Shown one piece after another: positions 14,200 to 14,972 of a stretch of DNA of 14,972 nucleotides (its first letter is position 1; every line of letters begins with the position of its first letter). The DNA lies in the sequence record MK054219.1; one strand, written 5' to 3'. Under the pieces are notes generated by a model that was given only the letters and a program-made list of their open reading frames with translations, was not told the origin of the DNA and did not search any database. The position numbers and the translations under genes were made by a program.

Positions 14200-14972
14200 T
14201 TAAATATTCTGTTTCAACCATTCCGCATACTTCTTATACTCTTTTTTCGCTAAAGTGAGTAAGTCAAGATAATGTTTCGTTAGGATATTGCCGGGCGTCC
14301 TACCTTCGATAAAGTCCACGATTTCGCCCGGTACTCCTAACTCTAGCATTTTTGTGGCCGTGAATTTCCTGAGGTATTTAGGCGGTACTAGGTTAAGCCT
14401 TCTTACTGCACTAGTTACCTGACCTTCCGTAATTTTTATTTGTTGCAATGGAGTTACGTGGAATAAGTAGAAGCTCTTCTTTTGCCCCCTAGACCAATTA
14501 AGCATGTAAATGCTAAACACTTCTTCCCTAATCTCGTTTTGCGGGTTATACTCGTTTAGGGTTTTTAACCCTTCAACCTCTCTAGCACCGCTTTCCAGTA
14601 AAAGCCGATATAATAAATATAAATTAGGGTATTGTTTGACGGTACTTAACGTTTTGCGTACTTCCTCTAACGTAGGTACCTTGAGGTCTGGTTTCGTTTT
14701 CTTAACTTTCAAACTTTCGGGCGGGTCTCTGTTCAAGACTAAGCGATAAAAGTTACGCCATGCCTTAATGCAGTTATTCGATTCTTTTCTTCCTTGCTTA
14801 ACGCATGAGATATATTTCTTTATTGTCTCTTCACTGATATTTTTACTACGTAAAGCAATTTCGAATTTGAGTAAATCGCTTGCGGAAATTTCAGAGTTGT
14901 TAGAAGACGTTAGATTAGAGTCAATTATTCTAACTCCTTTCAATTCATTTTGAGATAATGACGTAAAATTAA
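14200..14972 (-). CDS. int: Integrase C-terminal fragment (intC) with the tyrosine recombinase catalytic domain
   Basis: ESGAR, KYLRK, FIEGR and KHY motifs of SSV-type integrases; frame is open from 14972 and continues the intN frame across the 1/14972 junction (1023 nt total, 340 aa). Confidence 0.95.
   Translation of the reverse strand, partial: NFTSLSQNELKGVRIIDSNLTSSNNSEISASDLLKFEIALRSKNISEETIKKYISCVKQGRKESNNCIKAWRNFYRLVLNRDPPESLKVKKTKPDLKVPTLEEVRKTLSTVKQYPNLYLLYRLLLESGAREVEGLKTLNEYNPQNEIREEVFSIYMLNWSRGQKKSFYLFHVTPLQQIKITEGQVTSAVRRLNLVPPKYLRKFTATKMLELGVPGEIVDFIEGRTPGNILTKHYLDLLTLAKKEYKKYAEWLKQNI

Larger units (their letters stand above)
1..14972. mobile_element. Complete fusellovirus (SSV-like) genome or provirus, one unit length, opened at the att site
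   Basis: Fusellovirus core gene set in conserved order (vp4-b78-c166-b115-vp1-vp3-a82-c84/a92-b277-a154-b251-int). The integrase is split across the window ends at a tRNA-derived att and rejoins in frame on circularisation. Confidence 0.97.

Noticed and set aside
14510-14953. Plus-strand ORFs 14510-14749 and 14768-14953
   Set aside because: Antisense shadows of intC.
14200-14972. Integrase as a truncated pseudogene
   Set aside because: The missing N-terminus is at 250->1 and rejoins in frame, which is normal SSV partitioning.

Overview
The window is an apparently complete ~15 kb genome of a fusellovirus (Sulfolobus spindle-shaped virus, SSV), either a provirus or an episome linearised at its attachment site. 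Bases 1-46 are the 3' half of a tRNA-Asp(GUC) on the minus strand, embedded in the 5' part of a tyrosine integrase gene (250->1). Joining base 1 to base 14972 restores one uninterrupted 340-aa integrase, as expected for SSV-type integrases that are split at attP. Recognisable SSV1-like genes are D63, F93, A100, C80, A79, A45, C102b, B129, A291-like toxin, VP4, B78, C166, B115, VP1, VP3, A82, C84/A92, B277, A154 and B251, plus a viral Cas4. No vp2 is seen. Six small ORFs missed by the ORF track are supported by motifs or translational coupling. The most striking is a 53-aa third VP1/VP3 paralogue lacking the glycosylated loop, which has its own promoter and sits between identical 23-bp repeats. 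Other highlights are a TGTACA operator network at two divergent promoters next to a hidden 52-aa RHH repressor, a repeat-structured strand-skewed candidate origin (1838-2008), a toxin plus candidate immunity gene, and a PIP-box-like protein coupled to Cas4. All family assignments come from recall of SSV proteins, not from database searches.
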